39,913 bases of DNA from Campylobacterota bacterium (GCA_034658775.1 JAYEFX010000050.1:1-39913), one strand, 5' to 3'. Positions 27,162 through 39,840 are shown, counted from the stretch's first letter. The notes: generated by a model not told the origin, from the letters alone. Program-made: numbers and translations.

Positions 27162-27716
27162 ATGGCAAATATAGAAAATAAAAATTTTACTTTTAATGAA
27201 ATGAGAGTACATGTTCCCGTATGCACACACAAAGATCCTCAAAAGGTTTTGATCATTGGATCTGTAGATGAAGAGTTTAAATCAGAAATGGAAAAACATC
27301 CTGTAGAAGCTGAATATGGAGAGATGGAACTGTTAACATCAAAAAATGAACAAGAGTTTGATATTATCATTTTAGCAAAAGACAAAATTGATCCAATGCT
27401 GATGGCAAACATCAATAAAATCTTAAAAGCAGATGGAATTTTAACCATTAAAACACCAAGTTATCACAAAGACGAACAAGAGTTGAAAAACAATTTAACG
27501 CTATTGGGTGAAAGCTTTTGGATTGCAATGCCCTATTCATTTGGACACAACACAGCAATTTTAGCCTCTAAAAAGTACCATCCAACAGCTGATATCAATC
27601 TTCAACGATCAGATCTGCTTGATGATTTGAATTATTACTCTACGGAGATTCATCATGCATCATTTGTTTTTCCTGCGCATATTCACCAAAGTTTAACCGG
27701 CATTGCAAAACGATAA
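27162..27716 (+). CDS. short, divergent spermidine-synthase-like protein
   Basis: PQKVLIIGSVDEE sits where SpeE has P.kVLiIGGGDGG. FDIIILAKDKIDP sits where SpeE has yDvIi.D..DP. The C-terminus YYSTEIHHASFVFPAHI resembles SpeE ...y.n.eiH.aaF.lP. It lies next to coaE, as speE does in H. pylori (from memory). At only 184 aa it has no N-terminal domain. Confidence 0.5.
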   Translation: MANIENKNFTFNEMRVHVPVCTHKDPQKVLIIGSVDEEFKSEMEKHPVEAEYGEMELLTSKNEQEFDIIILAKDKIDPMLMANINKILKADGILTIKTPSYHKDEQELKNNLTLLGESFWIAMPYSFGHNTAILASKKYHPTADINLQRSDLLDDLNYYSTEIHHASFVFPAHIHQSLTGIAKR

Positions 27717-28293
27717 TTTCAAATACGCAGTGGCTCTTACCGGTGGTATTGCCACAGGGAAGAGCACTGCAGGAAGTTTGTTTAAACTGCATGGATTTTT
27801 AACCATCGATGCGGATGCTATTGCACATAAACTGCTTGATCTTCACAGCTTGGATATTGCAGCAATGTTTGGCGCACACTATGTCAAAGAGGGAAAAGTT
27901 CAACGAAAAGAGTTGGGAAAACTGATTTTTAATAATCTCAAAGAGAAGAAAAAACTTGAGCTGTTTATTCACCCAAAGATAAAAGAGCAAATCATCCAAG
28001 AGGCTAAGATTTTTGAGGCACAAAAAAAGCCTTATTTTATTGATATCCCTCTATTTTTTGAAACAAAGAATTACAATATTTCTAAATCTTTGGTTATCTA
28101 CATCAATAAAGAGTTGCAAATACAACGGCTCATGAAAAGAGATACCATAAGCCAAGAGGAAGCTTTGAGTAAAATCAATAATCAAATGGATATTGAAGAT
28201 AAAAAAGCGCAAGCGGATATGGTTATTGATAATTCACTCAATTTAAAACACCTTCAAAAAGAGGTAGAAAAAATAGTTAAGGAGCTAAAATGA
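27703..28293 (+). CDS. coaE: dephospho-CoA kinase
   Basis: P-loop ALTGGIATGKST and a CoaE-like lid region. 14-nt overlap with the upstream gene. Confidence 0.9.
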   Translation: MQNDNFKYAVALTGGIATGKSTAGSLFKLHGFLTIDADAIAHKLLDLHSLDIAAMFGAHYVKEGKVQRKELGKLIFNNLKEKKKLELFIHPKIKEQIIQEAKIFEAQKKPYFIDIPLFFETKNYNISKSLVIYINKELQIQRLMKRDTISQEEALSKINNQMDIEDKKAQADMVIDNSLNLKHLQKEVEKIVKELK

Positions 28294-29027
28294 CGTATAC
28301 TAAATACTCTGCAAGTGGTAATGACTTTGTTATCTTTCACACTTTTATCACTCAAGATTACAGTAAACTTGCACAACAATTGTGTAATCGCCAAGAGGGC
28401 ATTGGTGCAGATGGATTGATTGTATTGGTTCCGCATAATGAGCATGATTTCAAATGGTTATTTTACAATAAAGATGGTAGCAATGCTGATATGTGTGGAA
28501 ATGGTACGCGTGCCTGTGCTCATTATGCTGTTGACAATGGCTTAGCCTTAAATCAATTAACGTTCTTAACCAATGCAGGAGAGATTAGCTGTACAGTAGA
28601 TAAAGATATTGTTCAAACGCAAATGACACCAGCAAAAATAATTAAAGAGGAATTTGAACAACATGGATACACTTGGCATATTATTGATACTGGTGTTCCT
28701 CATTTGGTCACCATAGTGGATGATTTAAATACTTACGATAAAACCTTAGCTTCAAAAATGCGCCATGAACACAATGCAAATGTAAATTTTGCAAAAATAG
28801 TTGATGGAGAAATTTTTGTACGCACCTATGAACGTGGTGTTGAAGATGAAACACTCGCCTGTGGTACAGGACTGATTGCTTGTTTTTTACGAGCCCATAA
28901 TTTAAATTTGGTAGAAAAAGAAACTTTTGTCTATCCAAAAAGCAATGAACAACTTACCGTAACCAAAACAGATACCACTGTTTTGTTTAAAGGTAAAGTA
29001 CGAAAGGTTTTTCAAACGTGTATATAA
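28290..29027 (+). CDS. dapF: diaminopimelate epimerase
   Basis: YSASGNDFVIF, with the catalytic Cys motifs MCGNGTRACAHY and ETLACGTG. ATGA overlap with coaE. Confidence 0.9.
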   Translation: MTYTKYSASGNDFVIFHTFITQDYSKLAQQLCNRQEGIGADGLIVLVPHNEHDFKWLFYNKDGSNADMCGNGTRACAHYAVDNGLALNQLTFLTNAGEISCTVDKDIVQTQMTPAKIIKEEFEQHGYTWHIIDTGVPHLVTIVDDLNTYDKTLASKMRHEHNANVNFAKIVDGEIFVRTYERGVEDETLACGTGLIACFLRAHNLNLVEKETFVYPKSNEQLTVTKTDTTVLFKGKVRKVFQTCI

Positions 29028-29743
29028 AAAAATTACTATTATTAATAACTCTTCTAGGCACACTAAATGCCACAGGATTACCAAAAAGCTATTACAAAAT
29101 AAACGATACCAAACAAAAGACAACCGCCTTTTTTAATCATTTGTATCCTATGATCGTACTGTCTAATAATAAAATATTAAAAGAGCGTGCCTTTGTAGAA
29201 AGCTATTTCAAAAACAACACCCTAAAAGATACGATTAACAGTAATGATCATGCTAAGATTCTTAAGTTGGCAAAAAAGTATAAAATTAAACAAACCAATA
29301 ATTTAAAAGAATATTTAGATAAAATCAATACCGTTCCTCCATCCATGGCATTAGCACAATCTGCAGTTGAAAGCAACTGGGGGAAAAGTAGATTTACAAA
29401 ACAAGCCAATAATATTTTTGGAGTATGGACGTACAAAGGTAAAGGACTGGTTCCACTTAGACGAAAAGCAGGAGAGAAACATAAAATTAAAATTTACAAC
29501 TCACTGCAAGGTTCTCTGGAAGGATACATGAACCTTCTTAATAAAGGAACCGCTTATAAAAAATTTAGACGTGTACGAAAAGCGCAAGAGCAATCTAAAG
29601 GGGAACTTACAGGTTTAGCATTATCGCAAACCATGATTCACTACTCTGGGATTGGAGAAAAATATTTAAAGATTTTACGAAGTCTTATTCGAAAATATGA
29701 TTTAAAGCGTTTTGATACGCAATATTATAAAAAGGTCAGCTAA
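29018..29743 (+). CDS. secreted glucosaminidase-domain (Bax/FlgJ-C-like) peptidoglycan hydrolase
   Basis: GTG start, signal peptide VYIKKLLLLITLLGTLNA, and LAQSAVESNWGKSRF...NIFGVW typical of the mannosyl-glycoprotein endo-beta-N-acetylglucosaminidase domain. Confidence 0.75.
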   Translation: MYIKKLLLLITLLGTLNATGLPKSYYKINDTKQKTTAFFNHLYPMIVLSNNKILKERAFVESYFKNNTLKDTINSNDHAKILKLAKKYKIKQTNNLKEYLDKINTVPPSMALAQSAVESNWGKSRFTKQANNIFGVWTYKGKGLVPLRRKAGEKHKIKIYNSLQGSLEGYMNLLNKGTAYKKFRRVRKAQEQSKGELTGLALSQTMIHYSGIGEKYLKILRSLIRKYDLKRFDTQYYKKVS

Positions 29744-29750
29744 AAGATTA

Positions 29751-29782
29751 GCAAACAGCGCGATTTAAATATCGCTGTTTGC
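29751..29782. terminator. hairpin at the convergent junction of the glucosaminidase gene and prfA
   Basis: GCAAACAGCG-(12 nt)-CGCTGTTTGC. This is a perfect 10-bp stem. The prfA stop codon (29765-29767) lies in the loop and the last prfA codons form the 3' arm. There is no strong U-tract on either strand. Confidence 0.45.
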
Positions 29783-30832
29783 CATAAGTTGCGCTTGATA
29801 ATCCGCAATTAAAGGGTCAATAATCTCATCAAAAAGACCATCATTCATAATCGCTTCAAGTCGGTATAGCGTTAAGTTAATACGATGATCACTGATTCGA
29901 CCTTGAGGATAATTATAGGTTCTAATTCGTGCACTTCGATCGCCTGATCCCACTTGTGCTTTTCGATCGGCTCCCTCTTTTTCCATTTTCTCTTGCATCT
30001 CTAAGTCGTACAATCGAGCTTTAAGAACTTTCATCGCTTTCTCTTTATTTTTATGTTGCGATTTTTGATCTTGGTTGGTAACCACTAATCCTGAGGGAAG
30101 ATGGGTGATTCGTACCGCGGAATCCGTAGTATTAACCGACTGACCTCCACATCCACTAGCACGCATTACATCAATTTTAAGATCCGTTGGGTCAATCTCA
30201 ATCTCAACATCATCCACTTCTGGGATAATCGCTACAGTGATGGCTGAAGTGTGTACTCGACCTTGAGATTCTGTTGCAGGAACTCGCTGAACACGATGCA
30301 CTCCACCTTCAAATTTAAATCGAGAATATACACCCTCACCTTTAAACAATGCCACCATCTCTTTATAACCACCGGATTCAGATTCGCTGGTGTTCATAAT
30401 TTCAACTTTCCAGCCTCGATTTTCTGCGTATCGAACGTATCCTCTAAACAGATCCGCAACAAATAAAGCCGCTTCATCTCCACCTGTACCTGCACGAAGT
30501 TCAATGTAGATATTTTTATCATCATTAGGGTCTTTAGGCACCATTAAAATTTTGATCTCTTCTTCAATCTCAATTTTTCGAGGTTCTAATTCTTTAAGTT
30601 CCTCTTTTGCCAATTCTCCTAGCTCTTTATCATCAAGCAACATTTTATTTTCATCAATATCTTCAGTAACTTGAAGGTATTCTTTTGCCGCAGTAACAAT
30701 AGGTTCAATACTCGATTGTTCTTTAGATAAGTCGGTCATTCTTTTGATATCATTAAGAATATCAGGGGAGACCAATAATTCATTTATTTCATCAGATCGA
30801 TTAATAAATATTTGAAGTTTTTCTTTTAACAT
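29765..30832 (-). CDS. prfA: peptide chain release factor 1
   Basis: PAT tripeptide ([14 protein letters not shown]) and GGQ motif ([11 protein letters not shown]). 355 aa. Confidence 0.95.
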   Translation of the reverse strand: MLKEKLQIFINRSDEINELLVSPDILNDIKRMTDLSKEQSSIEPIVTAAKEYLQVTEDIDENKMLLDDKELGELAKEELKELEPRKIEIEEEIKILMVPKDPNDDKNIYIELRAGTGGDEAALFVADLFRGYVRYAENRGWKVEIMNTSESESGGYKEMVALFKGEGVYSRFKFEGGVHRVQRVPATESQGRVHTSAITVAIIPEVDDVEIEIDPTDLKIDVMRASGCGGQSVNTTDSAVRITHLPSGLVVTNQDQKSQHKNKEKAMKVLKARLYDLEMQEKMEKEGADRKAQVGSGDRSARIRTYNYPQGRISDHRINLTLYRLEAIMNDGLFDEIIDPLIADYQAQLMANSDI

Positions 30833-30887
30833 TTAGTTTGCCTTTTGGTTGTATGTACGAAAGTACGATGGAACAGCGTAGGTAAAT

Positions 30888-30914
30888 AATCATGCAACAT
30901 TACGTTGCATGATT
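30888..30914 (-). terminator. hairpin between rpsT and prfA (possible partial terminator or attenuator)
   Basis: AATCATGCAAC-ATTAC-GTTGCATGATT. This is a perfect 11-bp stem 23 nt downstream of the rpsT stop. It is followed on the minus strand only by a weak TATTTA tract. Confidence 0.4.
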
Positions 30915-30936
30915 GAATAATTGTTAATATTTATAA

Positions 30937-31197
30937 TTATAGAGCGTTAACTTTTGCTTGTAATCGACTTACTTTTCGTGCTGCATTACCTTTTTTGATA
31001 ATATTTTTACTCACACAATGGTGAAAGTATTTGTTTGCAGTTTTCATTGCTTCGCCAGCTTTTGTTGTATCCGCAGCCTCAACTGCCTCTAATACACTTT
31101 TAGTGATATTTTTAATTCTAGCTTTGTAGAATTTGTTTCTTTCTGTTTTTACTAATGTTTGCTTTGCTCTTTTCGCAGCAGATTTATGATTTGCCAT
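30937..31197 (-). CDS. rpsT: 30S ribosomal protein S20
   Basis: MANHKSAAKRAKQTLVKTERNK... 86 aa. Classic S20. Confidence 0.95.
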   Translation of the reverse strand: MANHKSAAKRAKQTLVKTERNKFYKARIKNITKSVLEAVEAADTTKAGEAMKTANKYFHHCVSKNIIKKGNAARKVSRLQAKVNAL

Positions 31198-31292
31198 AGT
31201 TATTAACCTCTTTATAAAATTTTTAAGGATAGAATACTACTCAAAAGAAGTTTAAAGTTAGTTTAAGCATAATACAAATTTAAAGGTTTTTT

Positions 31293-32636
31293 ATGAAATT
31301 ATTTGGTACAGATGGTGTTCGAGGTAAAGCGGGTGATTTTTTAGATGTAATTACTGCTGTAAAATTAGCCAAAGCAGCAGGGCTTTATTTTAAGAAAAAG
31401 TCTACACGAAAAAGCAATAGGATACTATTGGGTAAAGATACAAGACGTAGTGGATACATGATTGAAAATGCTCTTGTTGCTGGTTTTACGTCTGTTGGCT
31501 ACCATGTGATTCAAATTGGACCTATGCCCACACCCGCTATTGCCTATCTAACAGAAAGCATGCGTTGTGATGCAGGTATTATGTTAAGTGCGAGTCATAA
31601 TCCATTTGAAGATAATGGTGTAAAGTTTTTTAATTGCAGTGGCGATAAACTAAGTGCCGATTCAGAAAAAGAGATTGAAGATATTTTCTACAATACTAAT
31701 TTACTGCAAGAGAATCAATGCACAGGGAAAAACATAGGTTCTGCAAAACGGATTGACGATGTTATTGGACGATACATTGTTTCAATTAAATCTTCATTTC
31801 CTTCAGAACTCTCTTTAGAAGGGATGCGTATTGTATTGGACTGTGCAAATGGTGCCGCGTATAAAGTGGGTCCAACTATTTTAGAGGAGTTAGGAGCGGA
31901 TCTCATTACAGTACACAACAAACCCAATGGATACAACATCAATGAAAACTGTGGTGCACTTCATCCAAATGAATTGGGGAAACTGGTTCAAGAGTACCGG
32001 GCGGATATCGGTATTGCGCTTGATGGTGATGCAGACAGATTGGTTGTAGTGGATGAGAGAGGAGATGTTGTAGATGGAGACAAACTTTTAGGGGTATTGT
32101 GCCATTTTCTAAATGACAACAATAAACTCATTGGAAATGCCTGTGTAGCAACTGTGATGAGCAATAAAGCACTTGAAGACTATCTAGCAAAAGATGGCAT
32201 AAAACTTATTCGTACCGATGTGGGTGATAAAAATGTGCTTGAGGCGATGAAAAAACAAAACATCAATTTTGGTGGTGAACAAAGTGGGCACATTATCTTT
32301 GGTGATGTTGCAAAAACAGGTGATGGTTTAGCTTCTGCATTGCAAGTCTTGGCATTGTTAATACAAAGCAAACAAAAAGCCAGTGCGATACTAAACCCTT
32401 TTGAACTTTATCCACAAATACTCAAAAACTTAGAGGTTTCTAAAAAAATCCCACTGGATCAAATTGAGGGTCTTGAAGAGATTTTAGAACCCATTCGAAA
32501 AAATGGGATGCGTGATCTGATTCGATATTCTGGAACAGAAAATAAACTTCGCATACTTGTTGAGGGTAAAGATAAAATAGCTGTCAATGATGCAATTAAG
32601 ACTCTGGAGCAATTCTTTAAAAAGGCACTGGCATAA
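31293..32636 (+). CDS. glmM: phosphoglucosamine mutase
   Basis: [14 protein letters not shown], the active-site SASHNP, and GDGDADR. 447 aa. Confidence 0.95.
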   Translation: MKLFGTDGVRGKAGDFLDVITAVKLAKAAGLYFKKKSTRKSNRILLGKDTRRSGYMIENALVAGFTSVGYHVIQIGPMPTPAIAYLTESMRCDAGIMLSASHNPFEDNGVKFFNCSGDKLSADSEKEIEDIFYNTNLLQENQCTGKNIGSAKRIDDVIGRYIVSIKSSFPSELSLEGMRIVLDCANGAAYKVGPTILEELGADLITVHNKPNGYNINENCGALHPNELGKLVQEYRADIGIALDGDADRLVVVDERGDVVDGDKLLGVLCHFLNDNNKLIGNACVATVMSNKALEDYLAKDGIKLIRTDVGDKNVLEAMKKQNINFGGEQSGHIIFGDVAKTGDGLASALQVLALLIQSKQKASAILNPFELYPQILKNLEVSKKIPLDQIEGLEEILEPIRKNGMRDLIRYSGTENKLRILVEGKDKIAVNDAIKTLEQFFKKALA

Positions 32637-33088
32637 ATTCAACAAAACGATATTGGATTGCTTTTGTACTCTTTGCAGTACTCTTCGCTCTTGATCAAGC
32701 TATCAAATTTATTTTTGTTGGGCAATGGGAATGGCACAGCTCTTGTATCTCGCTGGTCTTAGCATACAATTATGGTGTTGCCTTTTCAATGTTTGCATTT
32801 TTACAAGAATATTTAAAATATATCCAAATAGCTATTTTGATTGCTGGTGCAATTTATCTGTATCTTCACAAAGAACTTATACCAATCTACTTATACCCTA
32901 TTGTTCTACTGAGTGCTGGGGGTATAAGCAATATTCTTGATCGTTTTATTCATGGGGGAGTTGTTGATTATGTGTACTGGCATTGCGGTTTTGATTTTGC
33001 TATTTTTAACCTTGCAGATGTGCTTATAGATATTGCCGTTGTGATGCTTTTATGGATCAATTACAAACAGAGCAAACAAAACGCTTAA
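32633..33088 (+). CDS. lspA: lipoprotein signal peptidase II (start codon unresolved; proposed ATA overlapping the glmM stop)
   Basis: The track gives only the 99-aa C-terminal part from ATG 32789. The same frame is open from 32621 and encodes [25 protein letters not shown]...[15 protein letters not shown]..., which is the conserved LspA N-terminal half. The C-terminal part has ISNILDRF and FNLADVLID (the catalytic Asp regions). Confidence 0.8.
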   Translation: MNSTKRYWIAFVLFAVLFALDQAIKFIFVGQWEWHSSCISLVLAYNYGVAFSMFAFLQEYLKYIQIAILIAGAIYLYLHKELIPIYLYPIVLLSAGGISNILDRFIHGGVVDYVYWHCGFDFAIFNLADVLIDIAVVMLLWINYKQSKQNA

Positions 33089-33164
33089 CCACTTTTTTAG
33101 CTATTTTTTAGTACAATCATCTGTTTTACAATAAATAAATTTAATCAACTAAAAAAGGTTTTAT

Positions 33165-34273
33165 ATGCTTTTAACTCCAGGGCCTACGCCTGTACCTGAA
33201 TTCGTTCGAACGGCCATGGCGGATGTTACCATTCACCACCGTACACCAGAATTTGAAGCAATATTTGAAAAAACACGAAATTCACTCTTAGAACTTCTTG
33301 ATATGCCCGAATGCGTCATGATCGCATCAAGCGGTACTGGTGCAATGGAAGCGTGCATTACAAATCTGTGTCATCAAAAAGCATTAACCATCAATGCAGG
33401 AAAATTTGGTGAGCGTTTTGGAAAAATATGCGATGCTTTTACTATCCCTAAAACCGAACTAAAATACGATTGGAATACCCCTGCATCAATTGACGAAGTA
33501 CTTAATGAAATTAAAAATGATGACCAAATTGATGCGGTATGTATTCAAATTTGTGAAAGTGCAGGAGGATTACGCCATCCTGTTGAACAAATCGCACAAG
33601 CGGTTAAACAAATCAACCCAAATATCTCTATCGTAGCTGATGGAATCACAGCAGTAGGTGTAGAAAAGATTGACACCACAAATATTGATGCACTTATCAC
33701 GGGAAGCCAAAAAGCATTAATGCTGCCTCCTGGACTTTCAATGATTGGATTCAGTGAAGCAGCCGTAACTAAAATAGAAAAAAAACCAGCAGGATATTAT
33801 TTCAATCTTTTAAGTGAGATTAAAAAACAAAAAACAAACACTACAGCGTATACTGCTGCTACAACACTTATCATCGGATTGGGTGCAATTTTAGAACGTA
33901 TTGAAAATATGGGTGCCCAAAAGTTGTATGAACAAACTGCATTGCGCTCACGTGCCACACAAGAAGCACTTAAAGCTATTGGAGAAAAAGTTTATCCAAA
34001 CAGCCCTGCAAATGCAATGACAGCAATTTATTCCCAACACTCTAATGAGATACGAAATATTTTAAAAACTCAATACAATGTAAATATTGCAGGGGGTCAA
34101 GATCATCTAAAAGGGAAACTTTACCGTATCAATCACATGGGATTAGTAGAAGACTACGAAGCAACATGGGTACTTAATGCTATTGAATTAGCGTTAGATC
34201 AAATTGGTGTTCGCCCCTTTGATGGAACTGCGTCTAAAGTATTTTCACAAATTATGTTTCAAGGAAATAATTA

Positions 34274-34274
<1 letters not shown>
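33165..34274 (+). CDS. class V pyridoxal-phosphate aminotransferase (serine-pyruvate/AGXT-like)
   Basis: MLLTPGPTPVPEFV N-terminus and PLP-lysine motif TGSQKALMLPPG. 369 aa. Confidence 0.8.
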
Positions 34275-36383
<2,109 letters not shown>

Positions 36384-36386
36384 TAT

Positions 36387-36938
36387 ATGAGATTAAAACT
36401 ACAGCATGCAGGTTACCTGTCCCGAAAAATTACTAAAGATTTAATCAACTGTGATTTTGTTGAGATACGAAAAGACAAAAATGCCATTGCCGCACAAATC
36501 CAAGATATGCTTGAAGAGGATATCGATAAAGAGTTGGCTTTAGATGAAAAAGTTTCGGATATTTTAGACAATCAAGAAGAGAGCATTGAGTTCTACAATG
36601 CAGACTATCGACAACTGTTTTGGATGACGAAAAAACGTCTTTCAAATGAATATCATGTAATTTTAAACAATGAAGATCGATTTAAAAATATTTCACACAC
36701 TGTTTCTGGATATCTATGGGATGAAGATTTTATTCACTTTACCGTTTCAGAAAATTTAGTCAACAATGTTATCTATAATGCAATTGAAGAGTTTATGCAT
36801 GGATTTGAAGAAGCAGATGAAATTGTTTATGAAAAGATCAAACACTATAAGCGAAAAATTATTCCAGGAACGGAAGAATATGATTTAATCTACCAACGAC
36901 TGTATGAGGAAGAACTCATTAGAAAAGGATTGATATAA
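36387..36938 (+). CDS. DUF507-family protein
   Basis: 183-aa acidic protein. The N-terminus MRLKLQHAGYLSRKITKDLI resembles DUF507. Assigned from memory, so moderate confidence. Confidence 0.5.
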   Translation: MRLKLQHAGYLSRKITKDLINCDFVEIRKDKNAIAAQIQDMLEEDIDKELALDEKVSDILDNQEESIEFYNADYRQLFWMTKKRLSNEYHVILNNEDRFKNISHTVSGYLWDEDFIHFTVSENLVNNVIYNAIEEFMHGFEEADEIVYEKIKHYKRKIIPGTEEYDLIYQRLYEEELIRKGLI

Positions 36939-38059
36939 TGCAAAAAGTTTGGATATACATTGAAAACGGTACATTTTTAGAAGCACAATCTTTTGGAGCG
37001 ACAGGTACAAGTGTTGGAGAGATTGTTTTTAATACCTCTTTGACTGGATATCAAGAGATAATTACAGATCCTAGTTACGCTGGACAATTTGTAACCTTTA
37101 CCATGCCAGAAATTGGTATTGTTGGAGTCAATGAAAATGATATGGAAAGTACAGGAGCCCATTGTAAAGGCATTTTAGTTCGGTCTTACAATCATGAGCA
37201 CTCAAATTTTAGAGCCCAAAGTGATCTAAATAAACTGTTAAAAGATCAAAATGTTTTAGGAATTTGCAATATCGACACTCGATTCTTAACAAAAATGATT
37301 AGAGATGAAGGTGCCATGATGATGATAGCATCAACTGAAATCTCCGATAAAGAGACATTGGCAAAACAACTTAAATCCTCTGCTAGAATCGAAGAGATTA
37401 ACTACATCGAACAAGTAAGTACAAAAAAGAGCTACGTGCATAAAAATGGTGCGTGGAATCATGAAACTCTTTCATTTAACCCTGCAGTCATGAGCGATAA
37501 AAAAATTATAGCCATTGATTTTGGTATCAAACGAAATATTCTTAATGAGCTCGTTGAATCAGGGCTTGAAGTTGAAGTTGTACCAAGTAATTTTAAGGCT
37601 GAAGATTTAATTGAAAAATTTAATCAAGGTGAAATTGGGGGTATTTTCTTATCCAATGGACCAGGTGATCCTCTAACTTTAACCAAAGAGAAAGAGCAAG
37701 TACAACTTCTAATTGAACAAAATATTCCTATGTTTGGAATTTGTTTAGGGCATCAAATGCTTTCCATTGCACATGGTTTTGATACGTATAAATTAAAGTT
37801 TGGTCAACACGGAGGTAATCATCCTGTGGCCAATCCTCAAAAAGTAGTTGAAATCACTGCACAAAATCATAACTACAATGTACCTGATGAGATTACAAAA
37901 ATTGCTGATGTTACCCATCTAAATTTATTTGACAATACCATTGAAGGGGTAAAATACCATAACAAAAATATATTTTCAGTACAACACCATCCAGAAGCAA
38001 GTCCTGGTCCACATGAAAGTAAATATATTTTTAATGAATTTGCACAAACTGTAAAATAA
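36938..38059 (+). CDS. carA: carbamoyl-phosphate synthase small (glutaminase) subunit
   Basis: GEIVFNTSLTGYQEIITDPSY, the catalytic GICLGHQ, and HHPEASPGP. Confidence 0.95.
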   Translation: MQKVWIYIENGTFLEAQSFGATGTSVGEIVFNTSLTGYQEIITDPSYAGQFVTFTMPEIGIVGVNENDMESTGAHCKGILVRSYNHEHSNFRAQSDLNKLLKDQNVLGICNIDTRFLTKMIRDEGAMMMIASTEISDKETLAKQLKSSARIEEINYIEQVSTKKSYVHKNGAWNHETLSFNPAVMSDKKIIAIDFGIKRNILNELVESGLEVEVVPSNFKAEDLIEKFNQGEIGGIFLSNGPGDPLTLTKEKEQVQLLIEQNIPMFGICLGHQMLSIAHGFDTYKLKFGQHGGNHPVANPQKVVEITAQNHNYNVPDEITKIADVTHLNLFDNTIEGVKYHNKNIFSVQHHPEASPGPHESKYIFNEFAQTVK

Positions 38060-38067
38060 CTCTTTTT

Positions 38068-38095
38068 ATTTGAAACACTTTTTAGTGTTTCAAAT
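38068..38095. terminator. hairpin at the convergent junction of carA and the CPA2 antiporter gene
   Basis: ATTTGAAACAC-TTTTTA-GTGTTTCAAAT. This is a perfect 11-bp stem. The antiporter stop codon (38082-38084) lies in the loop. No canonical U-tract. Confidence 0.5.
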
Positions 38096-39695
38096 CACAT
38101 TTCATCGCTTTGCTCACTAAGAGTTTTGCGACACTTTCATTTTCATTGATGTATTCTTTAATTTCCAAATCTTCTAGATCTTCAATTTGTTCTTTGTGTG
38201 AAATTTTTACTACAATGGGTATATCTTTGTTGATGGATTTAATTGATTCACAAATCAAGCGTACCTTTTCATCATTATCAATAGCAACAATTACCGCAAT
38301 GCAATCCTTGACCCCTACAGACTCCAATACATGCTTTGATGCTGCATTTCCAAACATTACACTGGCATGATTATCCAATCCCTCTTGAACATGTTGACGC
38401 TCTTGGTCTATCGCCACATAGGAGAGCCCTTTTTTTGTAAGTTGCTTAACAATTTTTTGCCCCAATAAGGAGTACCCACAAACGATAACATGATGATTAA
38501 ATTGAGTAGAAACAATAGGATCGTGCATAATTTCACTGTTGTGCTTAAAAAATATATTTGTAAAGGCACGAACATAACGAATTGCTAGTGAGGTAAAAAT
38601 CAATGAAACCACAACAACGGCAATTAATATCTGATTGATTTGATCATCAAGTAAATTTGAAGAAGATGCAAGTGCTAATACAGCAAATGAAAATTCACCA
38701 ACTTGTGCCAAGGCAAGTGCTGTTTTCATAGCTCTTTTTGCAAATGAAAAAATTGTAACAAATGCAAATATAATCACTGCTTTACACAATAAAATACCAA
38801 TTGTTAACAAAATAATACTAACAAAATTATCTAAAACTATATCCATATTAATCTGCATACCTACAGAGATAAAAAACAATCCAAGCAACAGATCTCTAAA
38901 TGGCACAAGATCTGCTTCTATTTGATACTTGTATTTAGTCTCTGCAATCATCATACCCGCAAAAAATGCTCCCAATGAATAGGAAAACCCAAAAGCATGT
39001 GCTAACAATGCGGAGGATAATACTATTAAAAGTACAGCTGCGATAAAAAGTTCTTCCGTTTTGCTGTCCGTTACAAGTTTAAAAAAATATCCCAATAGGT
39101 ATTTACCAAAAATAAACATCACAAATAGCACTATAATTCCGGAATACAAAGTATCCAATAGCATGTTAGAAATTGAAGCAGTCGGATTCGCAAAAAATGA
39201 AATCATCAATAAAATAGGGATAACCGCTAAATCTTGAAATAAAAGTATACCAAGAGAGTACCTACCGTAAGGTCTATGGATATCACCATTTTCATTAAGT
39301 ACTTTTAATACAATTGCTGTAGAAGATAAGGCTAATGCCGTACCTATAATAATGGAGGTTTTTGTATCTATACCAAAAAAAGTATTTGAGACAAACCCAA
39401 AAAATGCAGCACTTAAAAACATCTGTAAGGTACCGTAAACAAATACCTCTTTTTTCATTGATTTTAAATGATGCAATGAGAATTCCAATCCAATGGTAAA
39501 CATCAAAAAAACTATACCAAATTCTGCAATTTCACCAAGAATGTGTTGGTCAATATTTATAAAATCAAAACCAATAGTGATTAGTGCACCCGTAAGTATG
39601 TATCCCACAATAGGCGAAACATGAAATCGTTTTAATAATAAATTCAATGATAATGATATAGCTAAAGTTATAACTATAATGGCTAATAAGTTCAT
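38082..39695 (-). CDS. CPA2-family monovalent cation:proton antiporter with a C-terminal RCK/TrkA-N domain (KefB/KefC-like)
   Basis: About 12 TM segments followed by a Rossmann-like HHVIVCGYSLLGQKIVKQL. The track ORF starts at 39746. The ATG at 39693-39695 (MNLLAIIVITLA...) has GGAG about 7 nt upstream and is preferred. Confidence 0.85.
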   Translation of the reverse strand: MNLLAIIVITLAISLSLNLLLKRFHVSPIVGYILTGALITIGFDFINIDQHILGEIAEFGIVFLMFTIGLEFSLHHLKSMKKEVFVYGTLQMFLSAAFFGFVSNTFFGIDTKTSIIIGTALALSSTAIVLKVLNENGDIHRPYGRYSLGILLFQDLAVIPILLMISFFANPTASISNMLLDTLYSGIIVLFVMFIFGKYLLGYFFKLVTDSKTEELFIAAVLLIVLSSALLAHAFGFSYSLGAFFAGMMIAETKYKYQIEADLVPFRDLLLGLFFISVGMQINMDIVLDNFVSIILLTIGILLCKAVIIFAFVTIFSFAKRAMKTALALAQVGEFSFAVLALASSSNLLDDQINQILIAVVVVSLIFTSLAIRYVRAFTNIFFKHNSEIMHDPIVSTQFNHHVIVCGYSLLGQKIVKQLTKKGLSYVAIDQERQHVQEGLDNHASVMFGNAASKHVLESVGVKDCIAVIVAIDNDEKVRLICESIKSINKDIPIVVKISHKEQIEDLEDLEIKEYINENESVAKLLVSKAMKCDLKH

Positions 39696-39791
39696 GTAAG
39701 CTCCTAGACTATTTTTACGATTATAGCAAAAAGATATAATATACAATTGAAGAAAAAAAGATAAGCGAAAATAATTTTAAATAAATAAAAA

Positions 39792-39840
39792 AAGCCTCAA
39801 ACTAAATTAACTGTGTGGTAGTTAACTTAGTTCAAGGCTT
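39792..39840 (-). terminator. rho-independent terminator downstream of the 5S rRNA gene
   Basis: The minus strand reads AAGCCTTGAACTAAGTTAAC-(9 nt)-GTTAATTTAGTTTGAGGCTT followed by TTTTTTTATTTATTT. This is a long imperfect stem (with G-U pairs) plus a U-tract, about 25 nt after the 5S 3' end. Confidence 0.6.

Noticed and set aside
32725-32940. A 71-aa ORF in an alternative frame across the lspA region.
   Set aside because: The other frame encodes the conserved LspA sequence continuously (LDQAIKF...NYGVAFS...LDRF...FNLAD). The 71-aa product is Cys/Trp-rich nonsense.
39696-39746. A 17-codon N-terminal extension of the CPA2 antiporter ORF (MYIISFCYNRKNSLGAY).
   Set aside because: The internal ATG at 39693-39695 has a GGAG RBS and starts directly with TM1, as in family members. 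The extension has no RBS and lies in the promoter-like AT-rich region.
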